Origin: Lama guanicoe
Lineage: Eukaryota
Length of the DNA stretch: 64,000 bases
Assembly (NCBI GenBank): GCA_013239625.1
Contig: MU054001.1
Coordinates: 1,305,884 to 1,369,883, forward strand
Direction of reading: 5' to 3'
Of the stretch, positions 26,190-38,657 are shown one piece after another (the stretch's first letter is position 1; each line of letters begins with the position of its first letter). The notes under the pieces were generated by a model, which was not told the origin of the DNA, ran no database searches, and was given only the letters and a program-made list of their open reading frames with translations. The position numbers were made by a program, and so were the translations under genes.

Positions 26190-26512
26190 TCTGAGCAGGC
26201 AGGACGCACATTCCATATCAGAATCCTACCCACACCATCCAATTTGCAGACATCTGTTGATTAGCCTGAATAATATCTGAATTATTGCTACCATTCAAAT
26301 AGTTAGACTTCACAAGCCTGCACACACAATCTGAATTTTCCCCTTCTCTTGAAAATGTAGGAGACCCCGCAGTAACATGGATTCAGCCTCTTTGCTACCC
26401 ACTTCAGACAGGGCAGGAACTTCCCTGTTCATCCCAGTCTCACATCTCTGCCTTCATTCACCCAGACTATCTGCCAGGCCCTGGAGACATTTGAGTTTGC
26501 GTTCTCTTGTCT
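26190..26512 (+). mobile_element. MER102-like hAT-Charlie relic
   Basis: tgaattattgctaccatt...cttctcttgaaaatg...ends gccaggccctggagacatttgagtttgcg, like the MER102 terminus. Confidence 0.65.
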
Positions 26513-26659
26513 GAATCCACTAGAAAACTCCCAAGTACACAAGTACCAGGCTGCTCTCATGAAGAGCTCAGAAGAGCACTTCCTTGAGAAAGCCTGATGC
26601 CTCTTAGGGCACGATTTCACCACTTCATGTGCCCTCCTAACCCCTCAAAACCAGCTCTC

Positions 26660-27273
26660 TCTGGAAAATATGAAAACTCTAATTTGAAAAGATACATGCA
26701 CCCCATTGTTCGTAGCAGCACTATTTATAATAGCCGAGACATGAACCAACCTAAATGTCCATCAACAGATGGCTGGATAAAGAAGATGTAATGTGGAATA
26801 CTACTCAGCCATAAAAAGGGAAAAACCATTTGCGGTAACATGGAAGGACCTATCATACTAAGTGAAGTAAGTCAGAGAACAACAAATATCGTATGATGTA
26901 ACTTAGGTGTGGAATCTAGAAAAATGATACAAAGAACTTATTAACAAAACAGAAATAGACACTCAGACATAGAAAACAAATTTATGGTTACCAAAGGGGT
27001 AAGATAGGGGAGGGATAAATTAGGAGTTTGGGATTAACATACACTACTATACATAAAACAGATAACAAGGCCCTACTGTAGAGCACAGGGAACTACAGTC
27101 AATATCTTGTAACCTATAATGGAAAAGAATCTGAAAAAGAACATACAGATAGACAGATCTATACATCTATCTATATACAGATATATAGATATAAAAATAA
27201 CTGAATCAGTTTCCTGTACCCCTGAAACTAACACGACATTGTAAATCAACTATACTTCAATTAAAAAAAAAAA
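26660..27273 (+). mobile_element. L1 3' end (ORF2 C-terminus, 3' UTR, poly-A), relatively young
   Basis: aaagatacatgcacccc...cctaaatgtccatcaacagatggctggataaagaagatg...gagcacagggaact...cattgtaaatcaactatacttcaatt(A)n. Confidence 0.95.
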
Positions 27274-30134
27274 TCACAGTACCTTAAAAAAGAAGAAGAA
27301 GAAGAAAACCCCAACAAGACAAAAAACGAGGTCCCATTCTCTCAGTCACATAGCCAGGTATAATGGTCTTCGGGGCCCTTGGGACAAAGGCTAGAACTTG
27401 TGTGAACGCACAAAACACGCCCCAAAATACACAGGGAGAAACCCCCAGCTCAGGGAAGGCCCACTTTACTTACCATGCAGAGTTGTCACCCTGAGCCGGG
27501 CCGTCACTCTTTGTGTTTGCTTCACTCAAACTCGCCCGCAGATTTCTCCATGCAGGCTGTACTTTCTTAACATACCCTCTCTGACTTTTCTGCCACAGCC
27601 TGTTTCCAGGGCAGCTGCTGGAAGATGCTGTGCTTCACACGGCTCCCTATTCTCAGAGGCCCCCTCAAAGCTTTTAAAGCGAGCATAACATGCAGAATTT
27701 CAAATGAAGAACCGACAGCAGAAAGATCATTTACAGTAACTATACAAACAAGCTAAATGAAAGACTTGTGTTCAGTCATTAAAAATAATAATGCCAAAGC
27801 CCCGAGGGCGGAAATGTAAAGCTTCTACTTCGTGTGAGGAAACAGAAAAGAAGTGTTTATCATCCCAATAAGATAACCTGCTCATTTCTTTAAGAGGCAA
27901 TTTTTAAGAGGACGTTCGTTCACAGTGAAATCTCACTTGAGCAGATTAGATGAAAAATAACCAGCGCAAACACAATGCCTGTTTCAGCCAAGGGCTTTTG
28001 CGAGGCGGGAACCACCCGGAGAGACATGCATGGGGCTGCTGGGAGGCATGGCCACGGATTACTTCCGCCCCGCTCCTCCCAGAGTCCCCTGCACCGAGCC
28101 CAGAGTTAGTTATAGAGTTATCTCTCTCAGACTTTGCAGATGATGCCTTACATCATGACAACAGAGAAGAGGCAAGGTCTCCGGACCTGCCTGCCTACAA
28201 CAAGTTTCTGTAAAGTAATGAATACAGACAGCTTGGGGACCGTCCACCTGTGCAGCCTGCCTCTTCCTGCCTGCAAAGTGAAACCACCAGGGACTGGCAG
28301 AAGGTACTTGTCTGACAGGGCCAGGACAGCCTTCCTCCTCCGTGACAGCCTGGGCCTCCCCTCTTAAACTTGACCCACCGTAATTCCTTCACAATGCAGT
28401 AGCGAGGCAGCTGACAGTAGCAGCTGCAGCTCCTAAGCGAGATGGATGGAATTTTCATAACTAGTTCCCCAAGTTACATTTTACCTTCAAGATAATTTAT
28501 GAGCTGCTCCGGAGCCTTGAAGAGACAATATGCTTGCCATAAAATTAACTGTAACAGTCTTGTAGGTTATAATTAACACTGGGAGGGTAGCACCAACTGG
28601 ATGAAACACATGGCATAATTGATGGTGAAACTGGAAAGAAAGCGAGCTCATGGTATCATTACGGCACACGCTGCCTTAGCAAAGCCTATGCTTTCCAGGG
28701 GTTAATTACAATCGCCTTCCAGGGCCCCTGTTCTGGTGGGGAGGAGGCCCGCGCTGGCCAGTGGGGTGGAGATTTTGCTGGCAAGGCCACGGGGCACCTG
28801 GAGGGATGCAGAGGCTGCCGGCAGGCTGGGAAGAGAGGCCGGATAAACCGGGAGCGGGCCGAGCATCTGGCGGGGTGCTTCCCGGAGCTCAGACTCAGCC
28901 CTCCACAAGCCTGCCGGGTAGACACGACTTCATTTTCTTCTCAGTAAAACGCATCTTTTCAGTGAAGACAAAGATAAGGATGAAAAGAAGGGAGTCAGAA
29001 CCTCTAGAACGCCTTTCCAGGACTGACTTATTCAGAATACAACAGAACTGAAGCGTTTCCACTTAACGTGGGCATCTCCTTGTGAAAAATTAAGATGGCC
29101 CACTAAACCTGAGGTTTCTTAAACTACAAAGTAGCACTCTGTCCAGTGGAGAGGATGGAGAGAAAGCTAATCAGAAAAGGCCTGTCAGTCACTCCCCTCT
29201 TGGAAAGAAACACTAAGCTCTTCCTTTCCTGTGTGGATACCAACAGCCTGATCAATACGCCCCAAACACGGAATATTCTAAACATACTGGAATTGTTCAA
29301 ATAATTTCAACACACAACGTGAAGGTGACTGACCTATTTTTGTTGTTTGATTTGTTTTGTTTTGTTTTTGTCCTGGGACAAGAGACTGAAAATCATTCTG
29401 ATAAATGACGCAACAGTGTCCCCTACAGGCCAACAGAGCTATGCTTTACCCCACCCCCACCCCCCCATTACTTCCTCAACTGAAAGCCAGAGTCAAACTT
29501 TTATCTATAACCTGGAATATACATTACAGAGTAAATTTGTAAAATACACTAGGGACACCCCTGAGATAAAATAAAATTACTGCTCTTCATGTGCGGTAAA
29601 TTGTTTCCCAGATATAAACATACTGTACAGCGGTGATTAACCCATTACAGAGAAGATAAATGCTACCTGTTTGCCCTAAGGGAAGCTACTCAAATCAGCC
29701 TTGACTAACCCGGCTCCGAAATTACTCCACTTAGAGGATTTACAGATTCTTGGAGGCTAAACTTTGATGTTCTCATCGGTGCCCCGACTCTCTCACCTTC
29801 TGGAAGATTGTAACCAGCATAAAAGAGATGACATAGCTATAAAGGTAGTAACTTTTTCCTTTAAAAGATTTACGGGAGGGAGATGTATAAAGGATGAGCT
29901 GGAAACCACTCCCTCACAGAGAGACAGAGGCACCCACAACTAAGAAGTGTGGAACATGTTTAGGTACCAGAGGAAACAAACATTTACAGATACACGCCCA
30001 CCCGTCTCCACTCTGGGAAGGATCCTGGAAGGCCTCTAACCCCCACGTGGTGAGACCCAGGTCAAGCACTACGTGAACAGCTGAGTGGATGACAAAGAGG
30101 AAAGCCTTGTACCTGCTCCGGCTGCATCCACACA

Positions 30135-30310
30135 GCAGTGGCCCGAGCTGCGCTGTCTTGGCTTAAATTCCATCTCCACTACTTAGCGGTGCTGCCTTGG
30201 GCAACGACTCTCCATCTCTAGGCCTCCCTTTTCTCACCTCCTGAAGTGTTTAAAGCTGTCTGGCAGTTAGCGAGTTCTCAGTAAATGGTAGCGGCTAGTA
30301 TTGCTAAAAT
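30135..30310 (+). mobile_element. MIR fragment
   Basis: aattccatctccactacttagc...ccttgggcaa...tctctaggcctcccttttctcacc...ctcagtaaatggtagc. Confidence 0.7.
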
Positions 30311-30849
30311 CAGTACAACTGCAGGCTGATTTCAAGGCTGGTGGAGGTAGAAAGTGAAGCCACAGGAGTAACACCTGCCCTTCTGTTAGTTGCTTCCTGG
30401 GCTCTAGCCTTGTCAGAGCTGGAAGATGCCTTCGAGGTCACCCGAAGAAGCCACCTGTTGTGTAGACGAAGTTGCTGAGCTCTGGTGTCTGTGACTTGCT
30501 TAAGAGTCCACAGCCAGCTGGAGACGGGATTCAGACTGGAGTTCAGGCCTCCGCCTGTCAGTTCTGTGTGGCAGTCCTCACCTCGTGCAGGGCCTGACAC
30601 GGGATGAGCTCTGTCCAGTGTGCCTTCCCACACCAACTCAGCAACGCCGGGCCCCCATCGGGAGGCTAGGATTGTACCTGGACGCACCCTCCCAAAGGAG
30701 AGGCCAGGCTGGGTGAGTTTGGCTGGGGCTGTTCTTCCTTTTTTGGTTTTGATCTGAAGGTGAGGGGTAATTTTTATTGACCACCTGGCATGTGTCTCTA
30801 GGTGTTCTACGTGGGATCCCTTGGTCCGCCCCATGAAACAGCTTCTCTT

Positions 30850-31005
30850 ATTACCCCCTCAGGCAAATTACAAATGAGAAAATGGAGGTTCAGAGGGGTT
30901 GAGTAACTTGGGTTAATTGTAACTCGTCCGGAATCACAGAAGTGGATCCAAGATTTAAACCCAGGCAATCTGACTCAGAATCCATGCTCCCAGCCTCTAT
31001 GCCAT
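30850..31005 (-). mobile_element. MIR fragment
   Basis: ttacaaatgagaaaatggaggttcagaggggttgagtaacttg...gatttaaacccaggcaatctgactcagaatccatgctc. Confidence 0.8.
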
Positions 31006-31359
31006 GTTCATAAAATGTTCTCTGAAAGAAACCATTTCCCCCACCATTTACCATTGAGAGCTTGGTCTCTCTGGAGAGAAGGCAGCCCAGGTTTTATTCT
31101 ATGACCCATAATCACATCTAGATCTCTCTCCTATTTCTCACTCATACCTGGAGACAAACAGCTCTCAGCCACTTGCAGCCGACACAATTTCACAACAGAG
31201 CAGCGCTCCTCACGACAGCCTTTGCATATAACGAGTCACACACAGACACTTCTGGAGAACCTGTCCCTTTCATCCCTGGAACAAGGGTTTCCCCAGGATC
31301 CTGACTTCACCTCCTTCACAGCATTCTTACCCCATACTGTATACTGCACTTCCCCTAAG

Positions 31360-31452
31360 CAGTGTTGCTCATCTCTGTAACTTCAGGGCCAACAGCAGTG
31401 CCTGGGATCAGGGAGGCACTTGACAAATATTTGCTGAATCAATACATAACTG
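31360..31452 (+). mobile_element. L2 3' end
   Basis: catctctgtaac...cagtgcctggg...aggcacttgacaaatatttgctgaat. Confidence 0.75.
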
Positions 31453-31976
31453 ACAGCTCACTCCTAGTAACCATAACCACCACTTATTAAGCGCTGGAGC
31501 GCATTACCCATGTCATCCCCCAACGCCTATGAGACATGCACAACTTCTCCTGTTCTCTCTGAAGAGATATTTGTGAATGTAACGTGGCCTGAATTTAAGC
31601 CTTCCTTAAAGGGAAGACCTTTGAGGTGCCGCATCTTTCGTTTTAAAGTCACTGGGAACCAGGGTGCAGACGATCAAAGGAGAAAGGAATGCGGTGGCCT
31701 CCCTCGGATGGAGGTCCTCAGAACACTGATATTCCGTGAACAGCTCACCAGTCTGACCCACTAGAACGAGAGCTGCAAGTTTTATAATAAGTGATTATTT
31801 TACGATGAAGATCGGAAGAGAAAATTTTGCCCTTATCTCAAACTGAATGACGATATTTTGGCTCTGCTGAGAGTCACTGAATACGCAGGGTGTGACCACT
31901 ACATACATTTTTGAAAAGACATGTTCAGAGTTGCACTTAGGAAGACACTTTTTAGCTGTCATTGCCCTTAGGATAT

Positions 31977-32100
31977 ACGCTCCATGAGAGAAGAGTTCTC
32001 ATCAGTTCACATCCCTGCTGTGTTTCCAGTACCCTGGAACAGCACTTGGCGAATAGCTGGTACTTAATAAGTATTTGTTGCATAAATAAATAAATGAATC
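31977..32100 (+). mobile_element. L2 3' end
   Basis: gctccatgag...ctgctgtgtttccagtacc...gtacttaataagtatttgttgcataaataaataaatgaa. Confidence 0.8.
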
Positions 32101-32419
32101 CATGTTTTTTCAAAAAGTGGAAGAAGCCCTGCCTCTAAGAAGCAGCCAGCAACCAGTCACGGTCAGAAGGCAGCCAGGAGCGGGGCTCATCCTGAAGCCT
32201 ATGTGTTGATTTTATAAATAAGATGCGTGGAAGTCAATTGGCTTTTGTCCCCCGTAAAACTGTTCCAAGCAAGACAGTAACAATGGTAATAACATTAACC
32301 ACACTTGCCTCCTTAAGACAAGTTGCTGTATCTTGGAGAAAAGGTAGCCCTATCTCTAGACTCATTTAATCCTTGCTCTAAATTTATACAATGTTTCAAT
32401 TCCTACACATTTATGAGGA

Positions 32420-32455
32420 GGTTTTATGGAGTTATCGGGTTTTATGGAGTAATCT
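32420..32455. repeat. 18-bp tandem duplication
   Basis: ggttttatggagttatcg / ggttttatggagtaatct. Confidence 0.85.
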
Positions 32456-32869
32456 GGTTCAGAGACACAAAGGACATTCTTCTGCTAACGGCGGCAGAAA
32501 GCAGAAACTGCAATTATTAAAAGAGATGAGACAGATGTTTTAGAAAGAAAGACGTGGATGGCAGCTAGCTGGCCAGTGCCTCCCTGCCACTCCCCAGAAT
32601 TCTCTTCCTTTACTCCTCACATGCACCTCGAACGCTGCACACAAATTCAGCTCATTGCAGGGGACAGTTACTGAACTGGAGATGGCACAACGTCAGGTTC
32701 CCAACTAACTCGGCCAAAAGCAGCAGCCGCTGTCTTGAGCATGGGTGACAGTAGCTGGCATGGTCAGGTGACTCAGTCACGTGTTATCTCAGAAGAGAAC
32801 TATACTGTCCTCATCATCCCACAGCCCATCTTCAAGGCTAGGGACGGCGATCTGGGGCTCACGTTTTAC

Positions 32870-32950
32870 AGTTGGTGAACAGACAAGACAGATCCCCGCC
32901 CTCATGAGGTTTACATTCTAGTGAGAGAGACAAAAAATGTAAACATAATC
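32870..32950 (-). mobile_element. L2 fragment
   Basis: gtgaacagacaagacagatccccgccctcatgaggtttacattctagtgagagagaca. Confidence 0.75.
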
Positions 32951-34196
32951 AACTACTTCTATAGTATATGCTGGGTTACTTCTTCTCTAAGTTTTCATCA
33001 AACTGTAAGTTCCTTGGTGCAGACTCCATTGCGTGGTCATCCTTCTGCGTCCCAGAGTGCCCCACGTGAAGGAGAACAGGAATCTGTCGCCCGTGTGCCT
33101 TTATGAACCTCCCCCGCCCCTCCCCGACATGAGACTATAAATTATTTCAGTGTCGAGACTGTTTCATATTCATCCTGCCGTTTCCCACGGTGTCGAGTGC
33201 AGTGACTTATACTTGATAAGCATGTAGTAAATAATAGTTTATAATTGCTAAACTGGACTGGGCCAACCTGTTAGCTTTGAGTAGAACCTGGCCTACCATC
33301 AGGCAAGAGGAGAGACCAGACCACCACGGAGAAAACCGAAACGCGCCAGTCTTAAAACCGGAGTCCGTCCACACAAGCGAGTCACGCCAGCTGGCTTACT
33401 TGTGGCACCCAGATCAGAGTTCTAAAGCTGGCTGGCTTAGAATGGGAAGTCCTGCTCATGGTTGAGATCTAGGTTATAACCACTAGATTGTGGACCCCCA
33501 ACAAAGGTGTCCGAAGTGGATCCCTCCTGGAGGTACGCGGTGATGGGGGGTGCTGCAGAGGACAGGAGGACCGTCTATAATAAGACATCTGGTTGTTTCA
33601 GGAGTCTAGAAAAAAATGCTAACTTGGCAGCCTTTTTAGACACCAAAGCCCAATACGGAGAAGACGGGTACAAAAACATCTAGGTCTGGAGAGCTACTTT
33701 TAACTGGAAGTAAGTAGTTCTAAAAGCTTTTCTAAAGAACGTGCCATAAGCATTTAAAAAAACTGTTCTCAGTAACCATTTTAAGGCTCCGTGGACCCAA
33801 ATGAAGTTGTCTGTGATGGGGCTATCCTAAGTCCTGTTTGAGCCTAGAAGCTGAGGGGCTTAGGAGAACAGAGTTTCCATTTACTTAGGGTACAGTCCTA
33901 TCCAGTGTGCAATGTTCAGAGATTCTGTAATGACAGACATGTAAGAGGACGGTAGAGGGAAGCGGTAGGCGATCTAGAGAAACAAGTAAATACGCACGTG
34001 GGCCACATGCGGTAAAGAAAGGGCCGTGGTAAGTGGGAACCGGGCACAGCTGCGTCCTCGTGACAGCCTCGTTTGGAACTCTATCCATCCAATAAGCCAG
34101 ATACCCCTAACAGGCTTGTGACCTCTTTACCACTTACGGGTAAGTCCTTAAGTCTGCCATGTTTTAAAATCTCCTAATAAAAAACTAATGGTCTTT

Positions 34197-34992
34197 CAAT
34201 AAGCCCATGGAAAGACGCTCAACATCATTAGTCGTCGGGGACATGCAGGTCAAAACCACAATGAGATAACACTGGGATGTCTCGAATCCAGAAAGAGGAA
34301 GAGAACAAGTGCTGGCAAGACGGCGGAAAAAATAGAAACCCCTGTGTGCCACTGCTGGGAATGCAAAACGGCACAGGAGTTGGGGAAAGGGCCTGGCAGC
34401 TCCTCAAAAAGTTAAACATCAAGTTACCATGGTGACTCAACAATTCCATGCCTAGGTTTTTACTCAAAGGGACTGAAGACATGTCACTCAAAAACTTGCA
34501 CATGAATGTACACAGTAGCCTTATGCGTGAGAGCCAGAAAGTCAACCCAAGCATCTCTCAGCTGATGAATGGATAAACAAAATGTGGTACAGCCACAAAA
34601 TAGGATTAGCTTTTGGCAACCAAAAGGAACGAAGAACTGATACAGGCTACAACATGGATGAACCTTGAAGTCATTATGCTAAATGAAAGAAGCCAGACAC
34701 AAAAGGCCACGTCCTGTATGATTCCATTTCTATGAAATGTTCAGAAGAGGCAAGTCTATAGAAACAGAAAGTAGGTTAGACAGACAGTTGTCAAGGACTG
34801 TGGGGAGAAGGGGAAATTGGGAGTGGGTGTTCACAGGTTTGGGGTGCTGTCTGGGGTGATGGAAATGCTCTGGAATTGGATAATGGTCACAGCCGCACCA
34901 TCTTGTGACTATACTTTAAAAAAAAATCACTTAACTGTACGCTTTCAAATGACTAATTTTATGTTACATGAATTATACCTCGGTTTAAAAAA
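34197..34992 (+). mobile_element. L1MB-like 3' end (ORF2 end and 3' UTR)
   Basis: gctcaacatcattagtc...aaaaccacaatgagata...gatgaatggataaacaaaatgtggta...caacatggatgaaccttgaa...attatgctaaatgaaagaagccagacacaaaagg...atgaattatacctc. Confidence 0.92.
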
Positions 34993-37900
34993 CCCTTTGG
35001 CCTGGCTTTCATCTGATTGTTTGTAGTTGCACCTTACTTAGCAAAAATTTAAAGGGAGAGCTTTAAAGTTAAAAAGCATAGTTAACGCTTAAAGCCTTCC
35101 CGAAACCCCTGAGTTATACTTCCCCTGGGTTTCTGCTCGCTGTAAATCCCCTTGGACATATACAGTCAAGACAACAACTATACTCACTTTAGGTAATGTT
35201 CAGAAGGGCTGTAATTCTATTTTAAACGTAAGTATTGTCTGGGTGAGGCTTCTCTTCTGTAGGCAATGAAGTTCAATACCAGGGGTTTTCAATAGTACAG
35301 CAATTCTAGACCTCGAAACATCGACAATTAAATACTTTCCTGGGAGGGCGAGAGCAGCGGGCCTCTCTGTTGTGGTAACGATGGCTCCACCACTCACTTC
35401 CCTTTCCACTGCCTTCCACAGCCTCTTTCTAGGAACCTGCTAAATTCTCATCCCCAGATCAATTCTTAAGTTGGCTCCCGAGCACATTTTATCTTGTGCA
35501 TAGCACTTCACACCGTACTTGGTTTACAGCAGGCATACAAAATACACAAAAATGCTTCATGAATAAAATCCTTCTCTTTTCCGAATGCAGACGCATGGGA
35601 TGTGCCGTCAGCAGTCTCTGCAGAAGAGTGTGGGACTCTGTGAACGCCAATGTCACTGGTCAGAAACCGGGACACTCTGTCCACAAGCTGGGAGAAAGCT
35701 TTAAACAGATCACTCTTAGCAATTAACAAGTGCAGAGCTTGTGACCTACCTACTGTTGGCACTGATTAGCATCACTAAGATGTTTCTTTGAAAACGGAAT
35801 AAACAAAGGAACACACATATCTACTCAATTAACAAGGAAAGTGCCTTCTTATTTTTACAGAAAAACTGCCAAGTAGCAGTGAAATGGTGTGCAAGAGTCA
35901 CGTGTATATTTAGCATCAAAAAAAAAAAGCACAACGTTCAGCGGCCAGATGGTGAAATGGATCACAATTTTTTTGCGAAGCACTTTCTCTAACATGTGAT
36001 TCAGCTACATTCTCTAGACTAAGCATGCAGGCAGGAAAAAAATAATTTGCTTCCCATCCTGACATGTTCGGGGCAAAGGAAGCCCATTGCTTTCCTTAAG
36101 CTGACTACAAATAATTATTCCATGACAAACACGCCCTCAAAATTTTCTGCAATCGAGGAAAGCCACTAGGGATTTGTGTAAAATAAACAAAGGCCCTGAG
36201 TTTTACTTTTTTTTTTAATTTAGAAAAACAACTCGGGCCTGGACCTCGGACTGTACCTTTTCTTTAGTGCACTTTTCAAATGATAATTTCTTCCACTGTC
36301 ACCATTAAATCTTAATCCATTCCAGCTCCTTGCATGGGTCATTGAGTCTATATGTTCGGGCTGTTATTTTAAAATGTTTCCCCTTGGTAGGGAAAGAGGG
36401 GGAGAAAAGATGTTGAGGGCCAGATGGGCCTCTTCACAGTTCATTTATCAAACCTAATACACTGGGCTCTACCCTCCTCTCACTCACGACTGCGGTTAAA
36501 CTTCCATATAATTTGGTAATCATTTTCATTATCAGAGAGTGACCCGAAAGCAGCCTATCCCGGGACACCCAGCCCTCTGCAGCTGCTCTTTTTCTGCCTT
36601 TCCCTACAGTAGGCCCTAAGAACCTTCGAGTTTATTAGCTGCAGACTGACCTTTGGGCCGCAGAGGTCGAGCAGGGGTCAGATCAGAGGGCTTGCCCAGT
36701 TCTTTAAAAGCTATAACAAGCTGTCCATCAGGCAGAGTGGACTGTATAAACAAAGCTAAATCTTCAGAAATTCTGTACCACTTCTGTTAACACTTACCCT
36801 GCATTCACACGGCTTCTCCCGATGTACTTTGGATCATTCAACTCCGGGGAAGTGAATAGACAGCCCTAATAAGCCTATTTGGAGAGGGTTGTTTATGGGA
36901 TTACCGGGCTTGGGGAAGGAAACCCACAGCACTCAGATGTGCCTCTAGAATCCCAGGGTTGTGTGACACTGTGACAAACTCGGTTACCCCGAGTCATGCA
37001 GAATTGACACTTTCCTCCAAAAGCTAAATTACAGGGAACATATGCTTTCAGTTTAAGAGACTTCAGTGAGTCCCAAACAATGGCTCGGCTCCTGGCTTGA
37101 GAGAGAGACAAATATTTTAAAAACCAAGTTACAAGTTTCGCTTAATATATTCTCCCTAACATCATTAACATAAACAAACCTCCTGGAAGGCGGGGCGGGG
37201 GGGGCTTTATCACAACAGACTTCTGCCGAAGTTACCGCCAGCTGCGGGGGTCTCAGGCGACCTCAATTTCTCGAAGTTGCACTCTTCCCGACACGTTCTC
37301 AAACGTGCAATATAAGGTAATTAGAGTCATCTGTATTTAACTTGCAGAGGAAAAAAAAATGTCTATTATCTAATCTAACTGATCCCCTGATAGCTTTGAT
37401 GAAAGTAAAATACTGTAGCCCATTGCTTGGCCTTTGGCGAGCGCTAATTATTAGCTGTCAAAGCACATTTTGCCTCGTGTAATTCCAAAGCACACAATGG
37501 GCCCAGCTCTGAAAACACGGGCCGCTCGGCGAGCGTGGCGCTGGATGCTTTGTAACTTTCACCACCACGCGCCTGATGGCTACGCGGGGCGAGGCCCGAT
37601 TCCAGGCGGCCAGATGAAGCTTTGATGAGGAAAAAGAAAGGTGTATGGTAACCGTCTGTTTATACAGATCATATGGATGAGTCTTTCAGATCGGTCACCG
37701 GGATGGGAAACATCAGATGGGGGTGGAGAAGGGGTGGGGGCAAGGATTACGGTTATTTAATACTCTGAAGACACTTTTCCCTTCTGAGTTCTCAAGCCAC
37801 CACCCTCTTCAAATTTTCTTTCAGGTGTTTAGTTTTAAGGGGGTCTGCGTCGTGTCAGCTGCTAAGCCCTTTCTTTCCTCCTCCCCTACCACAAAGGGCT

Positions 37901-38565
37901 CGGGAAGTTTCGTTTCAGATGTTAGACTACATCAACTTCAGCACTGGCTCCAGCTCCTGATTAAATTGTTAGCAGTTAAGGGCCAGAAATGCTGAAACCA
38001 GACTCCTTTGAAACAGGCCGTTTTGGCCATGCTGTCTGATGAGTCGGTGTATTAGGAAGTTATTGTTAACAAACCAAATGCACTGCCCAGAAGACGTCCA
38101 TTCTCGACATCTCGTCTCTGAGCTGCGCTGTCTTTGGAGGGGCTGGGGGGATGGGAGGGAGTTTGCAAGGGAATTTTTTCCTTCTTTCTTTCTCTCTCCC
38201 TTTCCTGTTTAATAAGAATCACCAGGGGAAACGATATAAAAGGTCAAACAGAGAGAGAGAAACCTCCTAGGTGCCCCCTCATGGATATTCCATGATTTAA
38301 TAAAATATGCATACTTTAATGAATATACAGACTTAAATTGTAATACAAAGAAAATTTAAACATTAATTATTGAAACTTAGATTGAAAATCATTTCATTAC
38401 TGTCGCTGAAGCTGTCATTTACTCTGACCACACTGCAAAATAGGGAAGAAGGGGAGAATGTCACTGGGGATTTTAAAATTATGGTTTCAATCCAAGTCTG
38501 AATATAGGGATAATGCACAAATTTTAAAAAGCAGCTTTCTGATATCCAATCAGAATGGATTGTTT

Positions 38566-38657
38566 GGTATAGCTCAGCTTGGTGGTAGAGTACATGCCTA
38601 GCACGCACGAGGTCCTGGGCTCAATCCCTAGTAATGCCATTAGAAAAAAAAAAAAAA
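38566..38657 (+). mobile_element. tRNA-derived SINE, camelid Vic-1-like
   Basis: ggtatagctcag...ggtagagtacatgcctagcacgcacgaggtcctgggctcaatccc...(A)14; degenerate TSD agaatggattgtt / aggatggatagtt. Confidence 0.88.

Noticed and set aside
27274..27330. Possible 3' transduction after the L1 at 26660-27273 (second A-rich tract)
   Set aside because: No convincing TSD could be matched, so the insertion boundary is undefined
30310..30834. 174-aa minus-strand ORF
   Set aside because: Lies between and probably partly within MIR-derived sequence, with no recognisable domain or splice context
35188..35256. 69-nt minus-strand exon candidate (cctacag|...AAA|gtgagt), one frame reading EEKPHPDNTYV-stop
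   Set aside because: Modest acceptor and stops in all three frames; cannot be distinguished from a pseudo-exon
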